Below are positions 41,983-50,742 of a stretch of 64,000 bases of DNA, in pieces; positions within the stretch are counted from its first letter, which is position 1; each line of letters opens with the position of its first letter. This DNA is from Solirubrobacterales bacterium (GTDB lineage: Bacteria; Actinomycetota; Thermoleophilia; Solirubrobacterales; 70-9), in NCBI GenBank assembly GCA_040879985.1, contig JBBDJH010000004.1, positions 14,115-78,114 on the forward strand, in the 5' to 3' direction. The position numbers and the translations under genes were made by a program. Under the pieces are notes generated by a model, which was not told the DNA's origin, searched no databases, and saw only the letters and a program-made list of their open reading frames with translations.

Positions 41983-43212
41983 ATGGGCAACGATGACGAG
42001 CAGCGGCCGCAAGGACCGCCCGACTACAAGGTCTACCGAGCCCGCCGGGGGCTCTTCTCGCGCTTCCGCAAGCCCGACCTCTCCAGCCTGCGCGAGCGCG
42101 AGTGGCGGGCGCCGAAGCTGCCCGGGCGCCCCGGCCGCCCGCGCCGCGAGCGCGGCCCGCGCCGGCCGCGGCCGGGCCTGCGCCGGGCGCTGAAATGGGT
42201 CGGGATCGCCGCCGCGGGCTGGATCCTGCTCAGCTTCCTCGCCTTCGCCGTCTCCGCCCAGCTGCAGTCCTTCAAGCTCTCCGGCGAGGCGAAATCCGCC
42301 CTGCACGGCAACCCGCTGCTGCTCTTCGACTCGCAGACGATCCTGGCGATCGGCACCGACGCCCGCCCGCCCGACAGCAACGAGCCGGTCGGCGTGCCCT
42401 CGGAGGAGTGCTACGAGCAGCAGGCGCACGGCGATGCCCCGCACGGCGAATGCACCGCCGGCCAGTTCCGCGCCGACACGCTGATGCTGATCCACGCCGG
42501 CGGCGGCGCCTTCCGCAAACTCTCGATCCCGCGCGACGCCTACGCCGAGATCCCCGGCCAGAGCCCGCAGGAGATCAACGGCGCCTACTCCTTCGGCGGC
42601 GCCGGGGCGCAGATCGAAGCGGTCGAGGATTTCCTCGGGACCGAGATCGACCACGTCGCGATCGTCGACTTCACCGGCTTCGAAGACCTGATCGACGCCG
42701 TCGGCGGGGTCGTCGTCGACGTGCCGCGGAAGCTCTGCGCCGACATCTCGGGCGGCGCCGGGGGCGGCCAGGGCGGCGGCACCCTGCGGCTCGGCAAGGG
42801 CGAGAACACGCTCGACGGCGAAAAGGCGCTGATCTACTCGCGCATCCGCAAGCCGAGCGAATGCCCCGGGCCCGGCGCCAGCGCCTTCACGCTGGGCTAC
42901 GACGACTTCGACCGGGCGGCGGCCCAGCAGGCGGTGATCAGCGGCATCAAGGGCCGCCTCACCGACCCCCTGCGCCTCCCCTACAACTTCGTCCGCGGGC
43001 CGATCATCGGCTGGAACGCCCCGAAGGCCTTCGTCAGCGACATGGGGCTGCTGACGATGCCGCAGCTGGTCCTCGCCGCCGCGATCGGCGGCGACAGCAA
43101 AGCCGACGTGCTCTGCGAGGGCGCCAACTCGGGCTGCTCGGAAGGCCCGGGCGCGTCGATCGAAGTGCCGGACTCCGAGCGGCGGCGCGCCGTCAAGAAG
43201 CTGCTGGGGTAG
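41983..43212 (+). CDS. LytR-CpsA-Psr (LCP) family cell-envelope phosphotransferase
   Basis: Trimmed to MGNDDEQ... One TM helix, then the LCP core ..DTLMLIHAGGGAFRKLSIPRDAYAEIPG..INGAYSFGG..VDFTGFEDLIDAVGGV. Confidence 0.85.
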   Translation: MGNDDEQRPQGPPDYKVYRARRGLFSRFRKPDLSSLREREWRAPKLPGRPGRPRRERGPRRPRPGLRRALKWVGIAAAGWILLSFLAFAVSAQLQSFKLSGEAKSALHGNPLLLFDSQTILAIGTDARPPDSNEPVGVPSEECYEQQAHGDAPHGECTAGQFRADTLMLIHAGGGAFRKLSIPRDAYAEIPGQSPQEINGAYSFGGAGAQIEAVEDFLGTEIDHVAIVDFTGFEDLIDAVGGVVVDVPRKLCADISGGAGGGQGGGTLRLGKGENTLDGEKALIYSRIRKPSECPGPGASAFTLGYDDFDRAAAQQAVISGIKGRLTDPLRLPYNFVRGPIIGWNAPKAFVSDMGLLTMPQLVLAAAIGGDSKADVLCEGANSGCSEGPGASIEVPDSERRRAVKKLLG

Positions 43213-43251
43213 GGGACGGCGGGGTCGTCTCGCCGCCGTCCCTCCCATCGC

Positions 43252-43551
43252 CTACTCCGCTTTGGCGGGAGCTTTCGAGTCGCTTGGCTTCGAATCCGAG
43301 CTCTTTGAGTCAGAGCTCTTCGAGTCAGAGGAGTCCTTTGAGCCCTCTGAAGAGCTTCCGTTGCTCCCGGTCTTCTTCTTCGCGTAGTCGGTGTTGTGGA
43401 AGCCGCTGCCCTTGAAGTGGATCGCCACCGGGTGGAGGACACGCTCGGCCGGGGCGCCGCACTCCTGGCACTCGGTGAGCGGCTCGTCGGCCATCCGCTG
43501 GATCACGTCGAAGACGTGCCCCTTGGCGCACTTGTACTCGTAGATCGGCAT
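43252..43551 (-). CDS. FmdB-family zinc-ribbon protein with Ser/Asp/Lys repeat tail
   Basis: Trimmed to MPIYEYKCAKGHVF..CQECGAP (CxxH..CxxC zinc ribbon). The tail is SSDSKSSDSKSSDSKPSDSK. Confidence 0.85.
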   Translation of the reverse strand: MPIYEYKCAKGHVFDVIQRMADEPLTECQECGAPAERVLHPVAIHFKGSGFHNTDYAKKKTGSNGSSSEGSKDSSDSKSSDSKSSDSKPSDSKAPAKAE

Positions 43552-43636
43552 GCGGCCGGGGATTATCGCAGTCGCCAAGCCAGGCGCCCGGCGACAGAGC
43601 GGCGGCGCTCCGGCTCCGCCCTATACGTTTCCTCCG

Positions 43637-45013
43637 ATGACCGCCCAGCCCGACCTGGCGACGATGGACGAGATCGTCGCCCTGTGCAAGCGGCGCGGCT
43701 TCGTCTTCCCCTCCTCGGAGATCTACGGCGGGCTCGGCTCGACCTACGACTACGGCCACTACGGGGTGCTGCTGAAGAACAACGTCAAGGCCGAGTGGTG
43801 GCGGGCGATGCTGCAGGAGCGTGACGACATCGTCGCGCTCGACTCGGCGATCCTGCAACACCCGCGGGTCTGGGAGGCCTCGGGCCACCTCGAGGGCTTC
43901 ACCGACCCGCTGGTCCAGTGCCTCGGCGAGTGCAAGCGGCGCTGGCGCGAGGACCATCTGCGCGAGGCGGTCGAGGCCGCGGGCGGCGACCCCGAGGCCG
44001 AGCTGCACTGCCCGGAGTGCGGCGGCGAGCTCTCGGAGCCGCGCCAGTTCAACCTGATGTTCGAGACCCACGTCGGCCCGGTCGCGGGCGAGGGCTCGGA
44101 GGTCTACCTGCGGCCGGAGACCGCGCAGGGCATCTTCATCAACTTCAAGAACGTGCTCGGCTTCGCCCGCAAGAAGCCGCCCTTCGGGATCGCCCAGATC
44201 GGCAAGTCGTTCCGCAACGAGATCACGCCGGGCAACTTCATCTTCCGCACGCGCGAGTTCGAGCAGATGGAGATGGAGTTCTTCGTCCCCCCCGCCGAGG
44301 CGGAAAAGTGGCACCAAGCCTGGATGGACGAGCGCGAGCGCTGGTACACGGAGCTCGGCATCCGCCCCGAGCTGCTGCGGGTCCGCGCCCACGGCGAGGA
44401 CGAGCTCTCGCACTACTCCTCGGCGACGAGCGACATCGAGTACCTCTTCCCGATCGGCTGGTCGGAGCTGGAGGGGATCGCCAACCGCGGCGACTTCGAC
44501 CTCAAACAGCACGCCGAGTTCAGCGGCGAGAAGCTCGAGTACTTCGACCAGCAGACGAAGGAGCGCTACACGCCGCACGTGATCGAGCCGGCCGCCGGCG
44601 CCGACCGCGCCACGCTCGCCTTCCTGGTCGACGCCTACGACGTCGAGGAGGTCGAGGGTCGCCCGCGCACGGTGCTGCGCCTGCACCCCCGCCTCGCCCC
44701 GGTCAAGGTCGCCGTCCTGCCCCTGCTCTCCAAGCAGGGCATGCCGGAGAAGGCGCGGGCGATCTTCGAGGAGGTCCGCCGCCGCGTCCCCGCCGAGTAC
44801 GACGAAGGCGGCAACATCGGCAAGCGCTACCGCCGCCAGGACGAGATCGGCACCCCCTGGGGGATCACCGTCGACCACCAGACGATGGAGGACGACACCG
44901 TCACCCTGCGCGACCGCGACTCCCTCGAGCAGACCCGAGTCCCGATCGAGGGCCTCGCCGACGAGCTGGCCAACCGCCTGGCACAGCCCTGGCAGAGCCC
45001 GAAGCTGGGCTGA
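43637..45013 (+). CDS. glyQS: Glycyl-tRNA synthetase (homodimeric class II, GlyQS)
   Basis: Trimmed to MTAQPDLATMDEIVALCKRRGFVFPSSEIYGG... Class II motifs ..FRNEITPG.. and ..EPAAGADR.. Confidence 0.95.
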   Translation: MTAQPDLATMDEIVALCKRRGFVFPSSEIYGGLGSTYDYGHYGVLLKNNVKAEWWRAMLQERDDIVALDSAILQHPRVWEASGHLEGFTDPLVQCLGECKRRWREDHLREAVEAAGGDPEAELHCPECGGELSEPRQFNLMFETHVGPVAGEGSEVYLRPETAQGIFINFKNVLGFARKKPPFGIAQIGKSFRNEITPGNFIFRTREFEQMEMEFFVPPAEAEKWHQAWMDERERWYTELGIRPELLRVRAHGEDELSHYSSATSDIEYLFPIGWSELEGIANRGDFDLKQHAEFSGEKLEYFDQQTKERYTPHVIEPAAGADRATLAFLVDAYDVEEVEGRPRTVLRLHPRLAPVKVAVLPLLSKQGMPEKARAIFEEVRRRVPAEYDEGGNIGKRYRRQDEIGTPWGITVDHQTMEDDTVTLRDRDSLEQTRVPIEGLADELANRLAQPWQSPKLG

Positions 45014-45033
45014 CAGACAGGCTTCAGCGAACC

Positions 45034-45053
45034 GGCGGTTCCGCGGAACCGCC
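45034..45053 (+). terminator. Perfect 20-bp palindrome after glyQS (candidate terminator hairpin)
   Basis: GGCGGTTCCGCGGAACCGCC lies 21 nt after the glyQS stop and is followed by TTGGGG (weak U-tract). Confidence 0.45.
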
Positions 45054-45074
45054 TTGGGGAGGGCGCCTGGTTGC

Positions 45075-45121
45075 AAATCACTCAGTACATTGAGTAAAAT
45101 CACTCAGTGTCGTGAGTGATT
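45075..45121 (+). promoter_or_regulatory. AT-rich direct/inverted repeat cluster overlapping the start codon of the DUF4143 ATPase gene (candidate operator)
   Basis: The 12-nt direct repeat AAATCACTCAGT occurs at 45075 and 45097. The 9-bp-arm inverted repeat AATCACTCA-gtgtcg-TGAGTGATT (45098-45121) spans the GTG at 45112. Confidence 0.3.
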
Positions 45122-46287
45122 CGCAGACATACAGGCGACCGATCCTCGCCGTGCTCACCGCCCGGCTGGCGGAGGACGCCACGCGGATCCAGGTGGTGAG
45201 CGGGCCGCGGCAGGTCGGCAAGACGACCGTCGTGCGGCAGGCCCTGCGAATCGTGGACCAGCCGAGCCACTACGCCAGCGCTGACGATCCGGCCCTGCGC
45301 GACGCAGCCTGGCTCGAGGCGCAATGGGAAGAGGGGCGGCGGCTGGCGAGGGATCGACGCGGCGGCGCGATCCTTGCCGTCGACGAGATCCAGAAGGTCA
45401 CCGGCTGGGCCGAGACGGTCAAGCGCCTCTGGGACGAGGATCGCCGCGGCGAGCTTCCCCTCCGGGTCGTCCTGCTCGGCTCGGCGGCGCTGCTCGTCCA
45501 GCGCGGCCTCGGCGAGAGCCTGACCGGGCGCTTCGAGCTGATCCGGGCGCCGCACTGGTCCTTTGGCGAGATGCGCGACGCCTTCGGGCTGACTTTCGAC
45601 GAGTTCATCTACTTCGGTGGCTATCCGGGCTCGGCGGGATTGATCGAGGACGAGCCGCGCTGGGCTGCCTACGTGCTCGACTCGATCGTCGAGACGACGA
45701 TCTCCCGCGATCTGCTGCTGCTCACGCGGGTGGACAAGCCGGCGCTGCTGCGCAGCCTCTTCCGCCTCGTCTGCGACTACTCCGGTCAGATCGTCTCCTA
45801 CCAGAAGCTGACCGGCCAACTCCAGGACGCCGGAAACACCACCACCCTCGCCCACTATCTCGACCTCCTCGCGGCAGCCGGACTCGCCCTCGGGCTCGAG
45901 AAGTTCGCGTCCGGGAAGGTGCGGCAGCGGCGTTCGACGCCGAAGCTGATCGCGCTCGACACGGCGCTCGTCTCGGCTACCTCGGGCAGGACGTACGCCG
46001 AGGCCCGCGCCGATCGCGAGCACTGGGGACGTTTGGTCGAGACCGCCGTCGGCGCCCATCTCGTCGCGACTCGCGATCCCCGGGCCGAGATCCTCTACTG
46101 GCGCAACCGGGGCAAGGAGGTCGATTTCGTCGTCGAACGCGGCAAGCAGCTGACCACGATCGAGGTGAAGAGCGGCCGACACGGCGGCGGGCTGCCGGGC
46201 ATGGCAGCCTTCGAGGAGTCGTTCGGCCCCGCCCGCAAGCTCCTGGTCGGCGGCGACGGGACTCCGCTCGTGGAGTTCCTCACGTGA
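45112..46287 (+). CDS. AAA_14 P-loop ATPase fused to a DUF4143 (PD-(D/E)xK-like) domain
   Basis: Walker A SGPRQVGKTT, Walker B ILAVDEIQ, and a C-terminal nuclease-like motif GKEVDFVVERGKQLTTIEVKSG. Confidence 0.85.
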   Translation: MSDSQTYRRPILAVLTARLAEDATRIQVVSGPRQVGKTTVVRQALRIVDQPSHYASADDPALRDAAWLEAQWEEGRRLARDRRGGAILAVDEIQKVTGWAETVKRLWDEDRRGELPLRVVLLGSAALLVQRGLGESLTGRFELIRAPHWSFGEMRDAFGLTFDEFIYFGGYPGSAGLIEDEPRWAAYVLDSIVETTISRDLLLLTRVDKPALLRSLFRLVCDYSGQIVSYQKLTGQLQDAGNTTTLAHYLDLLAAAGLALGLEKFASGKVRQRRSTPKLIALDTALVSATSGRTYAEARADREHWGRLVETAVGAHLVATRDPRAEILYWRNRGKEVDFVVERGKQLTTIEVKSGRHGGGLPGMAAFEESFGPARKLLVGGDGTPLVEFLT

Positions 46288-46531
46288 AAGCCAGCCCGTT
46301 TCGGGATCGGGGACTTCCGTCTGGTCGCCAAGTCGGTGGAGGACCCTTTGCCGCTTACACGGAATCCGCAGCACCGCCGAGGAGGCGTCTTCGGCCCTGG
46401 CCGGGCTGGTCGGCGTGCTGGTGCTGCTGCGCATGTACCGCGGCTGGACCTGCCGAGCGGCTCGATCAGCGCGCCGATCAAACTCGATGGTGGTGCAGAG
46501 GAACCCGGGGCTGGTTCGGCCGAGAGTTGAC

Positions 46532-49500
46532 TCAGGTTAGCTCTGGCAGACGCGCCGAACGCCTGTCGTTGTCACCGGTCTTCGGGAGGGTCTTTATCCT
46601 CCGCGCAATCTCCCGATCAGACCAAGGCTCGCCAAAGTAGTACGCCACGGTCAAGGCCGCCCGAGCTCGATCAGCCCTCCGCTCGAGTTTTCGATCGAAG
46701 ATGTCGCTCTGATTTTCGAGAAACGAGCAGAGTTCGACGTCGGGCGCACCAAAGGGCGCCAGCGACCGTTCAACGGGGGAAAGACACGTGATTGCCCACG
46801 CAGCCTGCAACTGAGCCTGAGGGCACCAACTATGCCGCCAGAGCGCGAGGAGCGCCGGGAAGACCCTGAGTCGATCCTCGATATCGATCAAATCCAAGCG
46901 CCCGACCCAGGCCAAAGCCGACACCGCCGCGAATGCGACGTAAGGTCGGCCGATCTCGCATAGCTTCGTGAGCTGGCCAGCCCACATTCGCATCGGTTCG
47001 AGCATAGTCGGGACACCGACCCACCCCTCCTCCCAGAGCTGGCGCCCCCACACTGCTGCTTCCATCGCCGCCGCCGCCGCGGCGCCCTCATCGTCCGATT
47101 GGATCGCCTTGCCAATCAGTTGTGCCCGTGCGGCCTCCGGGAATGCGCTCGGCAGGCGGCTTTCGAGACAGCTCGCATAAACGTGCGCGAATTCCGCGAA
47201 GTGCGGTCTGGAATCGTCTCGGTAGCCAGCCTCCACCGTTGCCCTGAACGCATCGCCGTACCGACCCTCGAGAATCTCGACGACGAGCTCCTCGATTTCG
47301 GGATCGGGCTCGCCGGAAAGGCGACCGAAGGCAAAGGCGGCATCACTCACGTGCCCAGGAGGCATTTGGACCTCGTCCGCCAAGGCCCTGCCAAGAAGGC
47401 GCTTGGCGTGCGTAGGTGAGGACGGATCGAGCGCCTCCCTCCCTGAGCAGAGGATTGCGGCAATCACATCTCCGGCAGAGCGCCCAGCCAATACGTTCAC
47501 CAGGGTTAGGACTTCAAACCACTGCGGATCTGAAACGTGAGACGCTAGTCGACCCGCCAAGCGATCCCCGTCACGGTGACCACTGTAAAACCCCTCCACG
47601 AGGGCCAAGGCGGCTAGATACTCCTGAAACGTAAGGTGACGGAACTCGTAGACTGGGACCAGCCTGCCTCGTTCCTCGACATGCCCCGTCATGATCAGCA
47701 AGCTGCTCCTACCCTCGATTCGCTCTACAAACTTCACCACCGACGTCCGTGCGAATCCGAGCACCTCGGGCATCTGGCTGCGGGCCTCATTCAACAAGTC
47801 AGTTAGTTCGACCGCGCTGACGCTCTGGACGCCTCGCTCGGTGAGCGAATGAGCGACAAATGCCAGCTGTGGAATCGCCTCGTCTTGGGCTATTGGCTCA
47901 TAAGCTGCAACATTCCACGTCATCAGCAGCACCTCGATGGCCTTCTCGTACAGGACCGTACGCTTACGGGGAAGATCGCCAACCCATCTCTTCACTAGCA
48001 ACAGGGTGGTCAGCAATAGGGGGTTCCTTGCCAGACGCCTGACCCTGTCCGTGGCCACAATCGTCTGGGCCAGCTCCTCCGCTTCTCCGGCAACTTTCGG
48101 CGAACGCCCAACAACCGTCGCATGCCATGCCTTCGTAAGCTGGTGAATGTCTGTGTCTACAAACTCGGCCAACCTATACCACGTGCAGATCGACGACAAG
48201 GCACCGGCCACGCTACGGAATCCTGGCTCCCTAGAAGTGACTAGCAACCCGACGTTTGGATACACCGACAGAAACGTCCTCATCTTCCGAACGAACGCCA
48301 GCCGATTTCCGGCATCGGAGACCTCGTCCAACCCATCTATCAACAACAGGATCTGTCCGCTCTGGAGAGCGTTGGCGATTAGTTCCGCGAAGCTTTCCGC
48401 CAACTCTGGGAACTCCCCCCTTCGTGGCGTGTCGTCAAGGATTTCGCGAAAAGACATCTCACGCTGATCGGTACCCAGATCGCGGCAGCGAATCAACAGT
48501 GGTAGCCAGCCTCGATCAGGCAACTCATCGTTGACACGATCTCGATGCGACTCGTCGACGTATGCAACTGCCAGTCGCTTGATCAAGGTCGACTTTCCTG
48601 AGCCCGGCGCACCGAGCACCGCCAAGCGGCGCGAGTGAGTCAGCACCCACCCGATCGACTCGGGCTCCCCCGCTCCCTCCTCCCGGCCGTCCCACCCGGC
48701 GGTCTCCCGCCGACCCCCGAAGGTTGCACCGCTCCCCTCCTCCAGCCGTTCCACCCTAAGGGGCACATATAGATCTTCCAGGGCTATTCGCTTCACACCG
48801 GCATCCTCGTCAGCCGGCAAGCCCTCCAGCGTGATGTCTCCAAGCTCAGCCATGAGATAGTCGCGATATCGCCTCTCAGCCACCCTGGTCGAATCGCGAT
48901 GTTTCGTCTCCTTGGGCGCTAGATAGCCCAGATCGCCCAGCGTCGCCCCAGTCACACCGTCCGAATATGCAGAGAACCGCTCCGCTATGCCCGGTGAGAG
49001 TGGTTGCCCGTCTGCATGAACAAGCGAAAAATAGGTTGGAGCGTGATCACGCTCCAGGACGGACAGCCAAATCCATCCCAGCGCATGGCCAACAAGCTCA
49101 GGCGGCCTGACAACAAGCGTGTCCAACTTCGATTCGGCCATCAGGCCGCCCACGATCTCGCCCACCCTTTGCGGTGACACCACAGTCAATCCAGCAACGA
49201 GTTGATGCTGGGCGTCGAGGCCGTCGAGGCAGACAAAGCGAGGGCTGCTGAACCCTGCCTCCTGCTCCATGGCGGCTTCGGTAAAGCCACTCAGCGAGAT
49301 GAAGTAGCCCTGGACGGCATCCTCGCCTTTCGCACTTTCCTCTGCCTGAAGCACCCCCGCAAACTTGTTCAGATCCGCACCACCAATCGGATTCTTCGTC
49401 GCCTTACACTCGGCGATTGCATATTTTGGCTCGACTCGATGCCGAGCAACAACATCTACCTCTCTTCCCGCTTTCTGGATGTTGAGTCGTGGGTCCTCGT

Positions 49501-49582
49501 ACCCCAAGGCCAAGAACACGTCGGCCACGAGCCGGGAGAACAGGCTGCCTTTGATGTTGCTCTCACGGGCCAGAAGTCGCAT
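46532..49582 (-). CDS. STAND NTPase: N-terminal Mrr-like PD-(D/E)xK nuclease domain + NACHT + C-terminal alpha-helical repeat region
   Basis: Trimmed to MRLLARESN.. (the upstream 47 codons overlap the AlkZ-like gene end). Nuclease motif GREVDVVA..AIAECKAT. NACHT motifs: Walker A GAPGSGKST, Walker B LLLIDGLDEV, LVTSREPGF, NPLLLTTLL, FRHLTFQEYLAA. Confidence 0.85.
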   Translation of the reverse strand: MRLLARESNIKGSLFSRLVADVFLALGYEDPRLNIQKAGREVDVVARHRVEPKYAIAECKATKNPIGGADLNKFAGVLQAEESAKGEDAVQGYFISLSGFTEAAMEQEAGFSSPRFVCLDGLDAQHQLVAGLTVVSPQRVGEIVGGLMAESKLDTLVVRPPELVGHALGWIWLSVLERDHAPTYFSLVHADGQPLSPGIAERFSAYSDGVTGATLGDLGYLAPKETKHRDSTRVAERRYRDYLMAELGDITLEGLPADEDAGVKRIALEDLYVPLRVERLEEGSGATFGGRRETAGWDGREEGAGEPESIGWVLTHSRRLAVLGAPGSGKSTLIKRLAVAYVDESHRDRVNDELPDRGWLPLLIRCRDLGTDQREMSFREILDDTPRRGEFPELAESFAELIANALQSGQILLLIDGLDEVSDAGNRLAFVRKMRTFLSVYPNVGLLVTSREPGFRSVAGALSSICTWYRLAEFVDTDIHQLTKAWHATVVGRSPKVAGEAEELAQTIVATDRVRRLARNPLLLTTLLLVKRWVGDLPRKRTVLYEKAIEVLLMTWNVAAYEPIAQDEAIPQLAFVAHSLTERGVQSVSAVELTDLLNEARSQMPEVLGFARTSVVKFVERIEGRSSLLIMTGHVEERGRLVPVYEFRHLTFQEYLAALALVEGFYSGHRDGDRLAGRLASHVSDPQWFEVLTLVNVLAGRSAGDVIAAILCSGREALDPSSPTHAKRLLGRALADEVQMPPGHVSDAAFAFGRLSGEPDPEIEELVVEILEGRYGDAFRATVEAGYRDDSRPHFAEFAHVYASCLESRLPSAFPEAARAQLIGKAIQSDDEGAAAAAAMEAAVWGRQLWEEGWVGVPTMLEPMRMWAGQLTKLCEIGRPYVAFAAVSALAWVGRLDLIDIEDRLRVFPALLALWRHSWCPQAQLQAAWAITCLSPVERSLAPFGAPDVELCSFLENQSDIFDRKLERRADRARAALTVAYYFGEPWSDREIARRIKTLPKTGDNDRRSARLPELT

Positions 49583-49605
49583 AGACGGAACAATATTGCG
49601 ATTAG

Positions 49606-50634
49606 TTAGGGAGCGGTCAGGAAGCGGGCGATGTCGGCGGCGTCGACCTCCAGTGCGGCCGCGACCGCGGCGGGCAGGCGCTCGAGCGGCTGCAGGTTCA
49701 CCTTGCCGGCTGGGAAGCCCCACCTGGCGACGGCGCGTCCGCCCGCCATCGCGAACGGGTGGAAGATTCCGTTGCGGGTGACCAGGCTCGTGTGGCGCCC
49801 GATCACGTCTTCGCGCGAGGTCCAGCCGAGTAGGACCGGGTCAAAGGCGCCGAGCAGCCGCGGGGGTGGGATATCCCCGTCTGCGGGACGCTTCTTCAGC
49901 CGCACCAGCCCGCCCTCCCCCTCCTCCAGCTCGGCGGCAATCGCCGCCAGCCCGGCGCGCGCGTCGCGCAACGGCAGGCCGGCCCACCTGGCGAGATCGC
50001 GGTCGGTCGCCGGTTGGTGACCGACCAGGTAGCGACGCGCCAGCTCGGCCAGCGCGACATCCCGCTCGATCGCCGCTGCCTCGCCGAGCCACTCGCGCGT
50101 CAACACGTAGGCGTGCTGCTTGCCGATCATCGGGCCGCGCACGACGAGCCCGCGCACCGCGGCGAGAAAGAGCAGGTGGATCAGCGCCTGGCCCTCGGTC
50201 GGCACGCCGGCGGAGTCGAGTCGCTCGCGCAGCTGCTGCCGCGGCAGCGGCCCGTCGTCGGCGAGGGCCCGCTCGATCGTCTTCAGGGCCAGCTCCGCCA
50301 CCGCCTCGCCTACCCCCTCCTGGCGTAGGCGCCGCTTGCAGGAGGTGAACAACGGCGGCGCGGTCAGCGCCTGCAGCAGCGGGTAGTCCTCGCTGCGCAC
50401 AAGGTGCAGCGTGCCCCGGTTGAGCCAGGTGACGACCAACTCCCGTCCTGCCAGCGCCCGCTCGACATCAGCCGCGCTCAAGCCCTCGGTCCGAGCGCGG
50501 ACCGCGAGCCGGAACCCGCGCGGGTCCTGCCCCTGCACAGCGAGCAGGCGCTCGGCGACAGCGACGGCGTCAGGCAGCGGCGGGCCAGAGAGACCCTGCG
50601 CCGTGAGGCGCTCGGCGAGGATGGAGTCTGGCAT
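49606..50634 (-). CDS. Winged-helix DNA glycosylase-like protein (AlkZ/YcaQ, DUF1006 family)
   Basis: MPDSILAERLTAQGLSG..VAERLLAVQGQDPRG..LVVTWLNRGTLHLV matches the family N-terminus, including a Q-x-Q motif (QGQ). Confidence 0.7.
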   Translation of the reverse strand: MPDSILAERLTAQGLSGPPLPDAVAVAERLLAVQGQDPRGFRLAVRARTEGLSAADVERALAGRELVVTWLNRGTLHLVRSEDYPLLQALTAPPLFTSCKRRLRQEGVGEAVAELALKTIERALADDGPLPRQQLRERLDSAGVPTEGQALIHLLFLAAVRGLVVRGPMIGKQHAYVLTREWLGEAAAIERDVALAELARRYLVGHQPATDRDLARWAGLPLRDARAGLAAIAAELEEGEGGLVRLKKRPADGDIPPPRLLGAFDPVLLGWTSREDVIGRHTSLVTRNGIFHPFAMAGGRAVARWGFPAGKVNLQPLERLPAAVAAALEVDAADIARFLTAP

Positions 50635-50742
50635 CGACCGGAATCATCCCGATCGGTGACCGACAGGGTGCTATGGGTAACTGACATGCAACGTCGGTGA
50701 CATCGGATGTCGGTTATGTGGGATGTCGGTAAGCTCTTGGGC

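Noticed and set aside
39975-41990. 671-aa minus-strand ORF fusing the rsmI frame to a long upstream extension, plus other 5'-extended ORFs (recD2 861 aa, NACHT 1063 aa, glyQS 487 aa, Rrf2 196 aa, SBP 556 aa).
   Set aside because: The extensions are Arg/Pro/Gly-rich, overlap neighbouring real genes or repeats, and precede internal Met/Val codons that give canonical family N-termini. I trimmed the starts accordingly.
46288-46531. 245-nt non-coding gap between the DUF4143 ATPase and NACHT 3' ends. I looked for gene remnants and for direct repeats matching the other NACHT border (about 49583-49605) that would mark an integration event.
   Set aside because: I found no recognisable protein remnant in any frame and no repeat longer than a few nucleotides shared by the two borders. 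The integration mechanism cannot be inferred from this window.
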